The notes beneath the pieces were generated by a model. That model was not told where the DNA came from and made no database searches. It worked only from the letters and a program-made list of their open reading frames with translations. Of a stretch of 64,000 nt of DNA, positions 29,050 through 38,124 are shown piece after piece (positions within the stretch are counted from its first letter, which is position 1; every line of letters starts with the position of its first letter). Where the stretch lies: the NCBI GenBank assembly GCA_963816355.1, contig CAWFKH010000004.1, forward strand, positions 366,625 through 430,624, in the 5' to 3' direction. The translations under genes and the position numbers were made by a program. Source of the stretch: an uncultured Gemmatimonadales bacterium. Its GTDB lineage: Bacteria; Gemmatimonadota; Gemmatimonadetes; Longimicrobiales; RSA9.

Positions 29050-31547
29050 GCGGCGTGGTGGCGATCACGATCGTTGTGAAGGCGACGTCGCTGCTCGCGC
29101 TCGCGGGCGTCGTCGCGGCGTCGCTGCGGCGCGCTCCGGCGGCGGCACGGCACCTGGTGTGGGCGCTGGCGCTGGGCGCGACGGTGGCGGTGCCGGTGGT
29201 GGAGATGGCGGGGCCGCGTCTGGATGTGCGGGCGCCGTGGCCGTGGGTGGGGGCCACGGCGGCGGCAGCGGACGCCGGGCTGGACGCCGGGCTGGATGCC
29301 GTGCGCGAGGACGGCGCCCTGCCGCCCGGAGCCTCGTCGCGTCGCGCGACGCTGCCGGTCCCGGGTCGTGGCGCGCGTCCGGGGACGGAGGCGGCGAAGC
29401 GAGCGGCGGCGGGCGCGGCGAGCGGCGCGGCGAGCGAGCGCGCGGCAGCCGGCTCGCGGCTCGCGGTGAGGCGTTCCGGGGCGGCCGCGCTGGTCGCGGC
29501 GGCGGCCCGCGCGGCGCCGCTGCTGTGGGCGGCGGGCGCGCTCGCGGTGCTGCTGCGGCTGCTGGTGGGGCGCCTCGCGCTGGCGCGGCTGGCGCGGCGC
29601 GGGGCGGCGGTGGAAGGCGACGTCGCCGCAATGGCGGCGGAGGCGGCGCGCGCGCTCGGCGTGCGTCGTCGCGTGCGGCTGGTCGCGTCGCCCGCGGCGG
29701 GGACGCCGTTGGCCTTCGGCGCGTTCCGTCCGGTGGTCGTGCTTCCGGCGGCGGCGGCGGCGTGGCCGCGTGCGCGGCTGCGCTCGGCGCTGCTGCACGA
29801 GGTCGCACACGTGGCGCGTCGCGACGCGCTCACGCAGCTCCTCGCGGGGATCGCGTGCGCGCTCTACTGGTTCCACCCGGGTGCGTGGGCGGCGGCGCGG
29901 CGCCAGCGCGCGGAGCGGGAGCGCGCGTGCGACGACCGCGTGATCGCGGCCGGGACGTCCGGCACCGACTACGCGGCGCATCTGCTGCAGGTGGCGCGCT
30001 CGGCGCACGTAGCCGGGGCCCACGCCATGGTCGCGGTGGCGATGGCCCGGCCGTCGCAGCTCGAGGGCCGGCTGCTCGCCGCGCTCGATGCGGTCCGCCC
30101 CCGCGGCGCCGTCGGGCGGACGACGACGCTCTGCGCTTCGGCCGCCGCGATCCTCGTCGCACTCGGCGTGGGCTCCCTGCGCCCGGCGCGAGCGCAGCAG
30201 CCGGCCGCGAAGCCGACGCCGGCCGCGACGCCGGCGCTGACCGCGACGCCCACGCCGGCCGCGAAGCCGACGCCGGCCGCGAAGCCGGCGCTGACCGCGA
30301 CGCCGGCGCTGACCGCGACGCCCACGCCGGCCGCCGCGGTTCCCGCCACGCGACGGGCGCAGCAGCCGATCGTCGAGGGACGGCTTCCCGCGCGCCCGGG
30401 CGAGCGGATCCGCTTCGACCTCCCGACCGGGGGCACGATCGAGGTGCAGCCGTGGGACCGCGACAGCGTGCGGGTGGTGGCGCACCTCGGCGGTCCGGAC
30501 GCCGCGAACACGAACGTCGCGATCCGGCGCGACGGGAGCGGCGTCGTCGTCGTCTCCAGCTTCGACCGGCCGAAGCAGCGGCAGAGCACCGAGCACCACT
30601 TCGAAGCGCGGGTGCCGCGCCGCTTCGACGTGGAGATCCGCTCGGCGGGCGGCGAGGTGGACATCGACGGCCTCTCCGGCGAGATCACCGGCAGCACCGG
30701 CGGCGGCGAGCTCCGCCTGGCGCACATCGACGGGCGTGTCGATCTGTCGACGGGGGGCGGCGACGTGCTGGTGGAGGATTCCCGCGCCTCGGGCCGCGTC
30801 TCGACCGGCGGCGGCGTGGTCACGCTCGACCACGTGGAGGGCAGCCTCGTCGGCTACTCGGGCAGCGGCGGCTCGGTGCGCGCGAGCGGAGCGGGCGCGG
30901 ACGCGCCCGGGGCGGCGAGCTCTTCGACGGTCGTCACCACGGGCGGCTCCGGGAGCGGCGCCGCGGGCGCCGCGTCGAGCGCCTCCGGTGTGGCGGTGGG
31001 GACGTCGGCCGCCTCCGGGGCTGGCGGCGCCGGCTCGCCGGTCCGGATCCAGAAGGCGGGCGGCGGCATCACCGTGGGCCGGGCGCCGCTGGGTGCGCAC
31101 CTGGTGACCGGCGGCGGCGACGTGGTCGTCGGCGCCTCCGGCGGCGAGGTGAGCGTCTGGACTGGCGGGGGCAGCGTGCGGCTCGACGGGGTGTCCGGCT
31201 CGGCGGCCGTCGGCACCGGCGCCGGCGACGTCGAGGTGAGCGTCGTCGGCGCAGGCGCGCACTCGCTCGACATCCGCTCCGGCAACGGCCGCGTGGTGCT
31301 CACGCTACCGCCCGGGCTGGATGCCCGGCTCGAGATCGAGACGGCGTACACGAACAACCTTGGCCACCGCACGCGCATCGAGAGCGATTTTCCGCTCGAC
31401 GTCCGGGAGACCGAGCGCTGGGACGACACTCACGGAACGCCTCGCCGCTACGTCCGCGGTCGCGCCGTCCTCGGCCGGGGCGAGGGACGGATCCGCGTCG
31501 TGACGGTGAACGGCGACGTCGTCATCCGCCGCGGCGGCGACGAGTGA
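29046..31547 (+). CDS. M56 (BlaR1-type) membrane peptidase fused to DUF4097-like beta-strand repeats
   Basis: ATGA coupling; LLHEVAHVARRD, YWFHP, ERERACDDRV; Pro/Ala/Thr repeat linker; repeated TGGG.V motifs. Confidence 0.88.
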   Translation: MSGVVAITIVVKATSLLALAGVVAASLRRAPAAARHLVWALALGATVAVPVVEMAGPRLDVRAPWPWVGATAAAADAGLDAGLDAVREDGALPPGASSRRATLPVPGRGARPGTEAAKRAAAGAASGAASERAAAGSRLAVRRSGAAALVAAAARAAPLLWAAGALAVLLRLLVGRLALARLARRGAAVEGDVAAMAAEAARALGVRRRVRLVASPAAGTPLAFGAFRPVVVLPAAAAAWPRARLRSALLHEVAHVARRDALTQLLAGIACALYWFHPGAWAAARRQRAERERACDDRVIAAGTSGTDYAAHLLQVARSAHVAGAHAMVAVAMARPSQLEGRLLAALDAVRPRGAVGRTTTLCASAAAILVALGVGSLRPARAQQPAAKPTPAATPALTATPTPAAKPTPAAKPALTATPALTATPTPAAAVPATRRAQQPIVEGRLPARPGERIRFDLPTGGTIEVQPWDRDSVRVVAHLGGPDAANTNVAIRRDGSGVVVVSSFDRPKQRQSTEHHFEARVPRRFDVEIRSAGGEVDIDGLSGEITGSTGGGELRLAHIDGRVDLSTGGGDVLVEDSRASGRVSTGGGVVTLDHVEGSLVGYSGSGGSVRASGAGADAPGAASSSTVVTTGGSGSGAAGAASSASGVAVGTSAASGAGGAGSPVRIQKAGGGITVGRAPLGAHLVTGGGDVVVGASGGEVSVWTGGGSVRLDGVSGSAAVGTGAGDVEVSVVGAGAHSLDIRSGNGRVVLTLPPGLDARLEIETAYTNNLGHRTRIESDFPLDVRETERWDDTHGTPRRYVRGRAVLGRGEGRIRVVTVNGDVVIRRGGDE

Positions 31548-32949
31548 AGCGCTCGCGCCGCCTGCCGCCGCCCGCGCCCTCGCGGCGGCCGGCGGCGCCG
31601 CCCTCACGCCGGCCGGAGCCGCTCGGCGCCTCGCCTCGCGTCTGCGAAGCTTGCGGCTGCGCCGGCCGCTCCGCCTTTGCGCGCGTGCGCGCCCGTTCCT
31701 CCGCCCTGCGGCCGCGAATCTCGGCGATCCGCTCGCCGATCGGCACTTCGAAGCGGCCGTCGGGCTGCTGTGCGTAGTCGAAGCCGTCGAGGGTGCGCCG
31801 CTCGATCGTGCGGCCGAGCGTGCGCTCGATGGCGCGCAGGTCCCTCTCCTCTTCCGGCGACACGAAGGTGTACGCCTCGCCGGTGGCTTCGGCGCGCGCC
31901 GTGCGGCCAACGCGGTGTATGTAGTCCTCGGGAGCGGCCGGCAGGTCGAAGTTGACGACGTGGTCGAGCGCCTCGACGTCGATGCCCCGCGCGACGATGT
32001 CGGTCGCGGCGAGCACCTGGTAGCGCCCCTCCTTGAAGCCGGCCAGGGCGTCGGTGCGCTGCGACTGGCTGCGGTTGCCGTGGATGCGGGCCACCGAAAC
32101 GCCGTGCTTGGCGAGCTTCTGGGCCAGTCGGTTCGCCCGATGCTTGGTGCGGCAGAAGGCGATGACGCTGCCGATCTCGCGGCGCCGGATCAGCTCCACC
32201 AGCAGGGCCACCTTGAGGGCGGCGGGCACCGGATACAGCGCGTGCGTGATGCCGTGCGCCGGCGCCTGCTTCTTCTGCACCTGGATGGTCGCGGGCGCGC
32301 GCAGCATCTCCTGCGACAGCGTCGCGATCTCCGGCGGCATGGTGGCGGAGAAGAAGAGCGTCTGGCGCTCGCCCTGCGGCAGGTGGCGCAGGACGCGACG
32401 GATGTCCGGAAGGAATCCCATGTCGAGCATGCGGTCCGCTTCGTCGAGCACCAGCACCTCGATCTGCGGAAGCCGCGCGTAGTCGTGCCGGAAATGGTCG
32501 AGCAGGCGGCCCGGCGTCGCGACGATCACCTCCACGCCGCGGCGAAACGCCTGCTCCTGCGGCGCGATGCCAACGCCGCCGTACACCGCCGCCGCGCGCA
32601 GCCCCGTGCCGGCCGCCAGGTCGTGGAAATGGTCGACGATCTGGGCCGCGAGCTCGCGGGTGGGTGTGATCACGAGCGCCCGCGTCGCGCCCCGCGGGCG
32701 CGTCCGCAGCCGCTGCAGGATCGGCAGCAGGAACGCCGCCGTCTTGCCGCTCCCCGTCATCGCCGACGCCAGAACGTCACGCCCCGCGATCGCGACCGGG
32801 ATCGCCTGCTGCTGCACCGGCGTCGGCCGCGTGAAGCCGAGCGCGGCGACGGTGCGAAGCAGATCTTCGTGCAGCCCGAGGCCGGCGAAGCCGGAATCGG
32901 TGGGTGCGTCGCCGCCCGCGGGCGCCGACGTCGTCATCGTATCCTTCAT
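31522..32949 (-). CDS. rhlE: DEAD-box RNA helicase (RhlE-like)
   Basis: Q-motif PTPVQ, TGSGKT, PTRELA, DEAD, SAT, ARGID, HRVGRTAR. Confidence 0.9.
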   Translation of the reverse strand: MKDTMTTSAPAGGDAPTDSGFAGLGLHEDLLRTVAALGFTRPTPVQQQAIPVAIAGRDVLASAMTGSGKTAAFLLPILQRLRTRPRGATRALVITPTRELAAQIVDHFHDLAAGTGLRAAAVYGGVGIAPQEQAFRRGVEVIVATPGRLLDHFRHDYARLPQIEVLVLDEADRMLDMGFLPDIRRVLRHLPQGERQTLFFSATMPPEIATLSQEMLRAPATIQVQKKQAPAHGITHALYPVPAALKVALLVELIRRREIGSVIAFCRTKHRANRLAQKLAKHGVSVARIHGNRSQSQRTDALAGFKEGRYQVLAATDIVARGIDVEALDHVVNFDLPAAPEDYIHRVGRTARAEATGEAYTFVSPEEERDLRAIERTLGRTIERRTLDGFDYAQQPDGRFEVPIGERIAEIRGRRAEERARTRAKAERPAQPQASQTRGEAPSGSGRREGGAAGRREGAGGGRRRERFTRRRRGG

Positions 32950-33005
32950 TCCATCTCTCTTCCACACAGCGGGATGCCGGCTCCCCGCCGGCGGGTCGAG
33001 CGCGC

Positions 33006-33041
33006 AAAAAAAGAGGGCCCCGGGCCGAACCCGAGTCCCTC
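33006..33041 (-). terminator. Intrinsic terminator about 57 nt upstream of the helicase start
   Basis: Minus strand GAGGGACTCGGG-TTCGG-CCCGGGGCCCTC-TTTTTTT. Confidence 0.8.
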
Positions 33042-33210
33042 GCGCGTCTCGGTGCCGGCGGAACGCCGGCGGTCTAGCTCATACAAGATAGCGGAACGCG
33101 CCCTACCGCGCTACACGGAGGAGATAGCGGAGGGGGTGCGAAGGGACTGCGGAGGGATGGGGAGATCGCGGAGGGGCGCGGAGGGATGCCCGGTCCCGCG
33201 CGCTCCCTCC

Positions 33211-33414
33211 CTACGCACGCCGTTCGCAGCCGGGGAACCCGACGCGGCCGAGGAGGCGCTCGAGCGGACAGAAGTCCGTCACGCTCGACTGCAGCAGGTT
33301 CAGCCCGACGAAGGCGGTGAACGCCAGCCAGGCCGGGTGGACGAAGAACGCGAGCGCCACGGAGAGAAGCACGAACGCGCCGGCGAAGCGGCGGATGATC
33401 CTGTCTTCACACAC
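33211..33414 (-). CDS. DUF2892 / YgaP-like small membrane protein
   Basis: RIIRRFAG…FTAFVGLNLLQSSVTDFCPL. Confidence 0.85.
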   Translation of the reverse strand: MCEDRIIRRFAGAFVLLSVALAFFVHPAWLAFTAFVGLNLLQSSVTDFCPLERLLGRVGFPGCERRA

Positions 33415-33462
33415 GGTATCCCCCGGAGTTGCGGAGTCGCGAATCGCCCTCGAGAGAGCGGT

Positions 33463-33753
33463 TCAGAAGAAGGTCTCGATCGGCATCACGGCGACGTGGA
33501 GCCGTTCGTCGCCGTCGAGCGCTTCCGCCTCGGCGCGCAGCGCATCGACGAGCTCGTCGACGCGCTCGTCCGGCACGGCGCTGAAGAGCACCTCGGACTC
33601 GCCCGGCCACGCGCGCGTCCCGGCGCGCCGGCCGGTGGCGCCGGCGCCGTGCGCGTGGTCCATCTCGGTGTAGCCGCCCACGCGGTGCTCCTCGAGGAGG
33701 TCCTGCACGAGGTTCCTGCGGCTGCCGCTGTAGACGATGAGGAGCAGCTTCAC
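33463..33753 (-). CDS. PII-like transporter-associated protein
   Basis: 96 aa; MKLLLIVY…GYTE…HGAGATG…GTRAWPG, ferredoxin-like PII pattern; GTGA overlap with the RND gene. Confidence 0.7.
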   Translation of the reverse strand: MKLLLIVYSGSRRNLVQDLLEEHRVGGYTEMDHAHGAGATGRRAGTRAWPGESEVLFSAVPDERVDELVDALRAEAEALDGDERLHVAVMPIETFF

Positions 33754-36700
33754 GCGTCACCTTCCTCCCCGTTCGAGGGCTCCGCCGCCGGAGCCGTGAA
33801 GGCCGCCGCCGGTGCGGTGAAGGCCGCCGCCGGTGCGGTGAAAGCCGCCGCCGGTGCGGTGAGGACCGGAGCGGCCGCGGCGTGCCGCGCCTGCCGGGAT
33901 CGCAGCTCCCAGTAGAGCAGGGGGACGACGACCATGGTGAGGGCCGTCGCGACGACGGCGCCGCTCATGAGCGACACGGCGAGCCCCTGGAAGATCGGGT
34001 CGAGCACGATGACCACGGCGCCGACCACGACGGCGGCGGCGGTGAGCGCGATGGGGCGGAATCGCACGGCGCCCGCCTCGAGGACCGCCTCGTGGAGGGT
34101 GCGGCCGCGCGCCTCGGCGAGCTGGATGAAGTCGACCAGCAGGATCGAGTTGCGCACGATGATGCCCGCCAGCGCGATCATGCCGATCATCGACGTCGCC
34201 GTGAAGAAGGCGCCGAACGCGGCGTGGCCGGGCAGGATCCCGACGAGCGTGAGCGGGATCGGCGCCATGATGACGAGCGGGATCGTGAAGCTCTCGAACC
34301 AGCCGACGACGAGGACGTAGATCAGGAGCAGCGCGCCGAGGAAGGCGAGCCCGAGGTCGCGGAAGACCTCGATGGTGACCTGCCACTCGCCGTCCCACTT
34401 CACGGCGGCTTCGTCGAGGCGGTCCGGCTGCGTCGCGTTGTAGCGGCCAACGGCCTGCCCGCCGATGCGGAGCCGGTCCAGCGCCCGGTTCATGCCGAGG
34501 ATCGCGTACACCGGAGACTCGATGGTGCCCGCGACGTCGCCGGTGACGTAGATCACGGGCCGCAGGTTCTTGCGGAAGCGGGAGCGCTCGCGCGTCGCGT
34601 TCTCGACGCGCACGAAGCGGCCGAGCGGCTGCGGCCCGGTCGCGGTGGCGACGGGGATCGTGAGCAGCGCCTCGACGGAGGAGCGGTCGGCGATGTCGAG
34701 CCGCGGCACGATCGCGATCCCTTCACGCGCCGTCGGCGACGCGGCGAACGTGGCGGACGCGCCCGAGAGCGCCATCGCGAGCGTCCGCACGACCGCCTCG
34801 ACCCCCGCCCCCGCGGCCGCCGCGCGCACCCGGTCGACGCGGAAGTTGCGCTCGTGCTGCGGCGCCTCGACCGTCCAGTCCACGTCGACGACGCCCGCCG
34901 TGCGCTCGAAGATGCGCCGCACCCGTTGCGCCACCTCGAGGCGCGTCGCATCGTCGCCGGCGTACACCTCGGCGACCATCGTGGAGAGCACCGGCGGCCC
35001 CGGCGGGATTTCGGCCACCTTCACGCTCGCGCCGTAGAGCCGGGCGATCGAATCGACGCCGGGCCGCACGGCGACCGCGATCGCGTGGCTCTGGCGGTGG
35101 CGCTCGCCCTTGGGGAGCAGGTTCACCTGGACGTCCGCCACGTTCGCGCCGCGGCGCATGAAATAGTGGCGCACGAGGCCGTTGAAGTTGAACGGCGCCG
35201 CCGTCCCCGCGTACGTCTGCGTGCTTTCGACCTCCTGGACCCGGCGCAGGTAGGCCGCCACCTCCTGCGCGGCGGCCGCGCTCGTCTCCAGCGTGGCGCC
35301 CTCCGGCAGGTCGAGCACCACCTGGAACTCACTCTTGTTGTCGAACGGCAGCATCTTCACCTGCACCGCGCGCACGGCGACCAGTCCGACCGACAGCGCG
35401 AGCAGCGCGAGGACGGCGGCGTAGAAGCCGAGGCGCAGGCGGCGACGCTCCATCAGCGGCGTCATGATGCGCGCGTAGAGGCGGGCGAAGCGCCCCTCCT
35501 CCTCCGGCTCGTGGCTGCGGTCGCGGCCCGCTGCGGGCGCGGCCTCCGCGACGTGGCCGCGCAGCAGCCGCACCGTCAGCCACGGCGTCACGACGAACGC
35601 GACGCCGAGCGAGAAGAGCATCGCGACCGACGCGCCGACCGGAATCGGCCGCATGTACGGCCCCATCATCCCCGACACCACCGCCATCGGCAGGATCGCC
35701 GCGATCACCGTGAACGTCGCCAGGATCGTCGGATTTCCCACCTCGTCGACCGCCTCCACCGCCGCGGCCTCCGCCTCGCGGTCGCCCCGCTTCAGGTGCC
35801 GGTAGATGTTCTCCACCACGACGATCGCGTCGTCGACCAGGATGCCGATCGAGAAGATCAGCGCGAAGAGCGTGATCCGGTTCAGCGTGTAGCCGAGCGC
35901 GTAGTAGACGAAGAGCGTGAGCGCCAGCGTGACCGGCACGGCCACGAGCACGACCATCGCCTCGCGCCAGCCGAGGAAGACGCCGATCAGCAGCGTCACC
36001 GCCAGCGTCGCCAGGCCCAGGTGCAGCATCAGCTCGCGCGCCTTCTCCGCCGCCGTCTCGCCGTAGTCACGCGTGATCGAGACGCCGACGTCGCGCGGCA
36101 CGATCCGGCCCCGCGCCGCGTCCACCCGCTCCAGCACGCGCCGCGCGACCGCCGTCGCGTTCGCCCCCCGCCTCTTCGCGACCGAAAGCGTCACCGCGCG
36201 CTCCGGCGCGCCGCCGCGCTCCGCGTGCGCGACGTAGCTCACGGGATCGCCGAAGCTCTCCTCGAGGCGCGCGACGTCCCGCACGCGGACCGGACCGGCG
36301 CCCCGCGCGCTCACCACCACGGCGCCCACGTCCTCGGCGGTGACCAGCGGCGCGCCCACGTCGACGCGATAGACGACGTCGCCCGCGGCGTACTCGCCCG
36401 CCTGCAGCCGCACGTTCGCCGCCGCCAGCGCGGCCGCCACCTCTCCGGGCGACACGCCGCTGGCGGCGAGCCGGGCGGGCTCGAGCGTGACGCGGATCTC
36501 CGGCGCTCTGCCGCCGATCACCTCGGTCTCCGAGACGTCCGGGACGGTGCGGACCTCCGCCTCCAGGTGCTTCGCGATGCGCCGCAGCTCGTTCGAGCCA
36601 TACGCCCGCGAGTGCAGCGTGAGCGCCAGGATCGGCACCTCGTCGATCGAGTGCGGCACGACCAGCGGCGGCGGCGCGCCGGGCGGCGCGACGTTCAGCG

Positions 36701-37049
36701 CGGCGAGCTTCGCGTGGACCTTCGTCACGCTCCGCTCCTGGTCCTCTCCGACGCGAAAGCGCACCGTCACCAGCGCGCGTCCCTCGTCCGCCGTCGAGTA
36801 CACGTACTCGACGCCAGGGATCTCCCACATCGCGCGCTCGATCGGACGGACCAGCACGTTCTCCACCTCCCGCGGCCGCGCCCCCGGCAGCGCGCCGACG
36901 ACGTCGATCATCGGGACGGAGATCTGCGGCTCCTCCTCGCGCGGCGTCAGCACGATCGCGATCGCGCCCACCGCCAGCGCCGCGAACGTGACGAGCGGCG
37001 TCAGCTTCGAATGCAGGAAGGCCTTCGCGATGCGGCCGGAGGCGCCCAC
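33750..37049 (-). CDS. RND efflux transporter permease
   Basis: TPREEEPQI, GILVDDAIVVVENI, GIIVRNSILLVDF, RFRPIALT; C-terminal 21-bp tandem repeat. Confidence 0.92.
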   Translation of the reverse strand: MGASGRIAKAFLHSKLTPLVTFAALAVGAIAIVLTPREEEPQISVPMIDVVGALPGARPREVENVLVRPIERAMWEIPGVEYVYSTADEGRALVTVRFRVGEDQERSVTKVHAKLAALNVAPPGAPPPLVVPHSIDEVPILALTLHSRAYGSNELRRIAKHLEAEVRTVPDVSETEVIGGRAPEIRVTLEPARLAASGVSPGEVAAALAAANVRLQAGEYAAGDVVYRVDVGAPLVTAEDVGAVVVSARGAGPVRVRDVARLEESFGDPVSYVAHAERGGAPERAVTLSVAKRRGANATAVARRVLERVDAARGRIVPRDVGVSITRDYGETAAEKARELMLHLGLATLAVTLLIGVFLGWREAMVVLVAVPVTLALTLFVYYALGYTLNRITLFALIFSIGILVDDAIVVVENIYRHLKRGDREAEAAAVEAVDEVGNPTILATFTVIAAILPMAVVSGMMGPYMRPIPVGASVAMLFSLGVAFVVTPWLTVRLLRGHVAEAAPAAGRDRSHEPEEEGRFARLYARIMTPLMERRRLRLGFYAAVLALLALSVGLVAVRAVQVKMLPFDNKSEFQVVLDLPEGATLETSAAAAQEVAAYLRRVQEVESTQTYAGTAAPFNFNGLVRHYFMRRGANVADVQVNLLPKGERHRQSHAIAVAVRPGVDSIARLYGASVKVAEIPPGPPVLSTMVAEVYAGDDATRLEVAQRVRRIFERTAGVVDVDWTVEAPQHERNFRVDRVRAAAAGAGVEAVVRTLAMALSGASATFAASPTAREGIAIVPRLDIADRSSVEALLTIPVATATGPQPLGRFVRVENATRERSRFRKNLRPVIYVTGDVAGTIESPVYAILGMNRALDRLRIGGQAVGRYNATQPDRLDEAAVKWDGEWQVTIEVFRDLGLAFLGALLLIYVLVVGWFESFTIPLVIMAPIPLTLVGILPGHAAFGAFFTATSMIGMIALAGIIVRNSILLVDFIQLAEARGRTLHEAVLEAGAVRFRPIALTAAAVVVGAVVIVLDPIFQGLAVSLMSGAVVATALTMVVVPLLYWELRSRQARHAAAAPVLTAPAAAFTAPAAAFTAPAAAFTAPAAEPSNGEEGDA

Positions 37050-37050
37050 G

Positions 37051-38124
37051 TCACGCGCCTCCCGCCGCCGCAACCGGCAGCAGCACGCGGTCCCCGGCGC
37101 GCAGCCCCGAGACGACCTCGACCATGCCGTCGTGCGCGCGGCCGAGCCGCACCCAGCGCAGCTCCTCGCCGTCCGCTCCCCACAGACGCACCCCCGTCAG
37201 GTCGCCCTCGCGCACGACCGCCACCGCCGGCACCAGGACCGCCGCGCGCCGCCCCTGCCGCAGCGCGAGCGTCGCCGCGCTCCCCGGCAGGAAGCGCCCC
37301 TCCGCGTTGCCGATGAGCGCGTTCACCCGGTACAGGTTGCCGCCCGGCGCCGGTACCACCCCCTCGACGATCGCGCGGGCGGTGTCGCCCTCGAGCGTCG
37401 CCGTGATCGTGTCGCCGCGGGCGAGCCGCCGCACCGCATCCGGAGGACTCGTGACCGCGATCCGCAGCCGACTCGGGTCCTGCACCGTCACCAGCGGAGC
37501 CCCGGGCGCCGCGAACGCGCCCTCGTCCACGTAGCGCGCCGTCACCACGCCGCCGAACGGCGCCCGGATCGTCGCGTACGCCTCCACCGCGGCGAGCTCC
37601 CCCTCCCGCGCCCTCGCCGCCCGCACCCCCGACTCCGCCCGCTCGAGCGCGCTCTCCGCCGCCTCGAGCTGCGCCTTCGGCGCCGCGGAGTCGGCATACA
37701 GCGCCCTCAGCCGCACCGCGTGGCGCGACGCCTCCCCCCGCATCGACTCCGCTTCCTCGATCGCCGCCCCCACCGCGGCCCGCTTCGCCCGCAGCTCGCG
37801 CGCGTCGATCCGCACGAGCGGCTCACCCGCCGTGACCCGGTCCCCCTCCCGCACCAGCACCGCCTCCACGCTCCCCATCAGCTTCGTGCTCAGCGTCGCC
37901 TCCGCCACCGCGTTCGCTACGCCCGCCGCGTCCACCACGGCCTCCACGACGGTGTCCCTCACCGTGTAGACCGCGGCCGGGGGAGGTGCCCCGTCGCCTT
38001 CCGCTCCCGCCGCCGCCACGGCGTCCCCACCCCCGCAGGCCGCCACGAGCAAGAGCCCCGCGACGACCGAGAGCCCCGCGACCGACAACGCCGTGATCGA
38101 CCTCATCTCGACTGCCCTCCTCAT
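37051..38124 (-). CDS. RND periplasmic adaptor (membrane fusion protein)
   Basis: VAAC lipobox; VREGDRV…GEPL lipoyl-like half; IRAPFGGVV; GLRAGDRV. Confidence 0.9.
   Translation of the reverse strand: MRRAVEMRSITALSVAGLSVVAGLLLVAACGGGDAVAAAGAEGDGAPPPAAVYTVRDTVVEAVVDAAGVANAVAEATLSTKLMGSVEAVLVREGDRVTAGEPLVRIDARELRAKRAAVGAAIEEAESMRGEASRHAVRLRALYADSAAPKAQLEAAESALERAESGVRAARAREGELAAVEAYATIRAPFGGVVTARYVDEGAFAAPGAPLVTVQDPSRLRIAVTSPPDAVRRLARGDTITATLEGDTARAIVEGVVPAPGGNLYRVNALIGNAEGRFLPGSAATLALRQGRRAAVLVPAVAVVREGDLTGVRLWGADGEELRWVRLGRAHDGMVEVVSGLRAGDRVLLPVAAAGGA

Noticed and set aside
28648..31547. Beta-lactam resistance locus (blaI/blaR1/blaZ)
   Set aside because: No beta-lactamase nearby and no penicillin-binding sensor domain.
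31522..31547. Convergent 3' overlap of the M56 and helicase genes as a special feature
   Set aside because: A 26-nt tail overlap is common in GC-rich genomes.
33882..37316. Long antisense and alternate-frame ORFs (e.g. 33882-37316 +, 44304-46595 -, 21974-24097 -, 58365-61028 +)
   Set aside because: Arg/Ala/Gly/Pro-rich shadows of real genes, expected at this GC content; no recognisable motifs.
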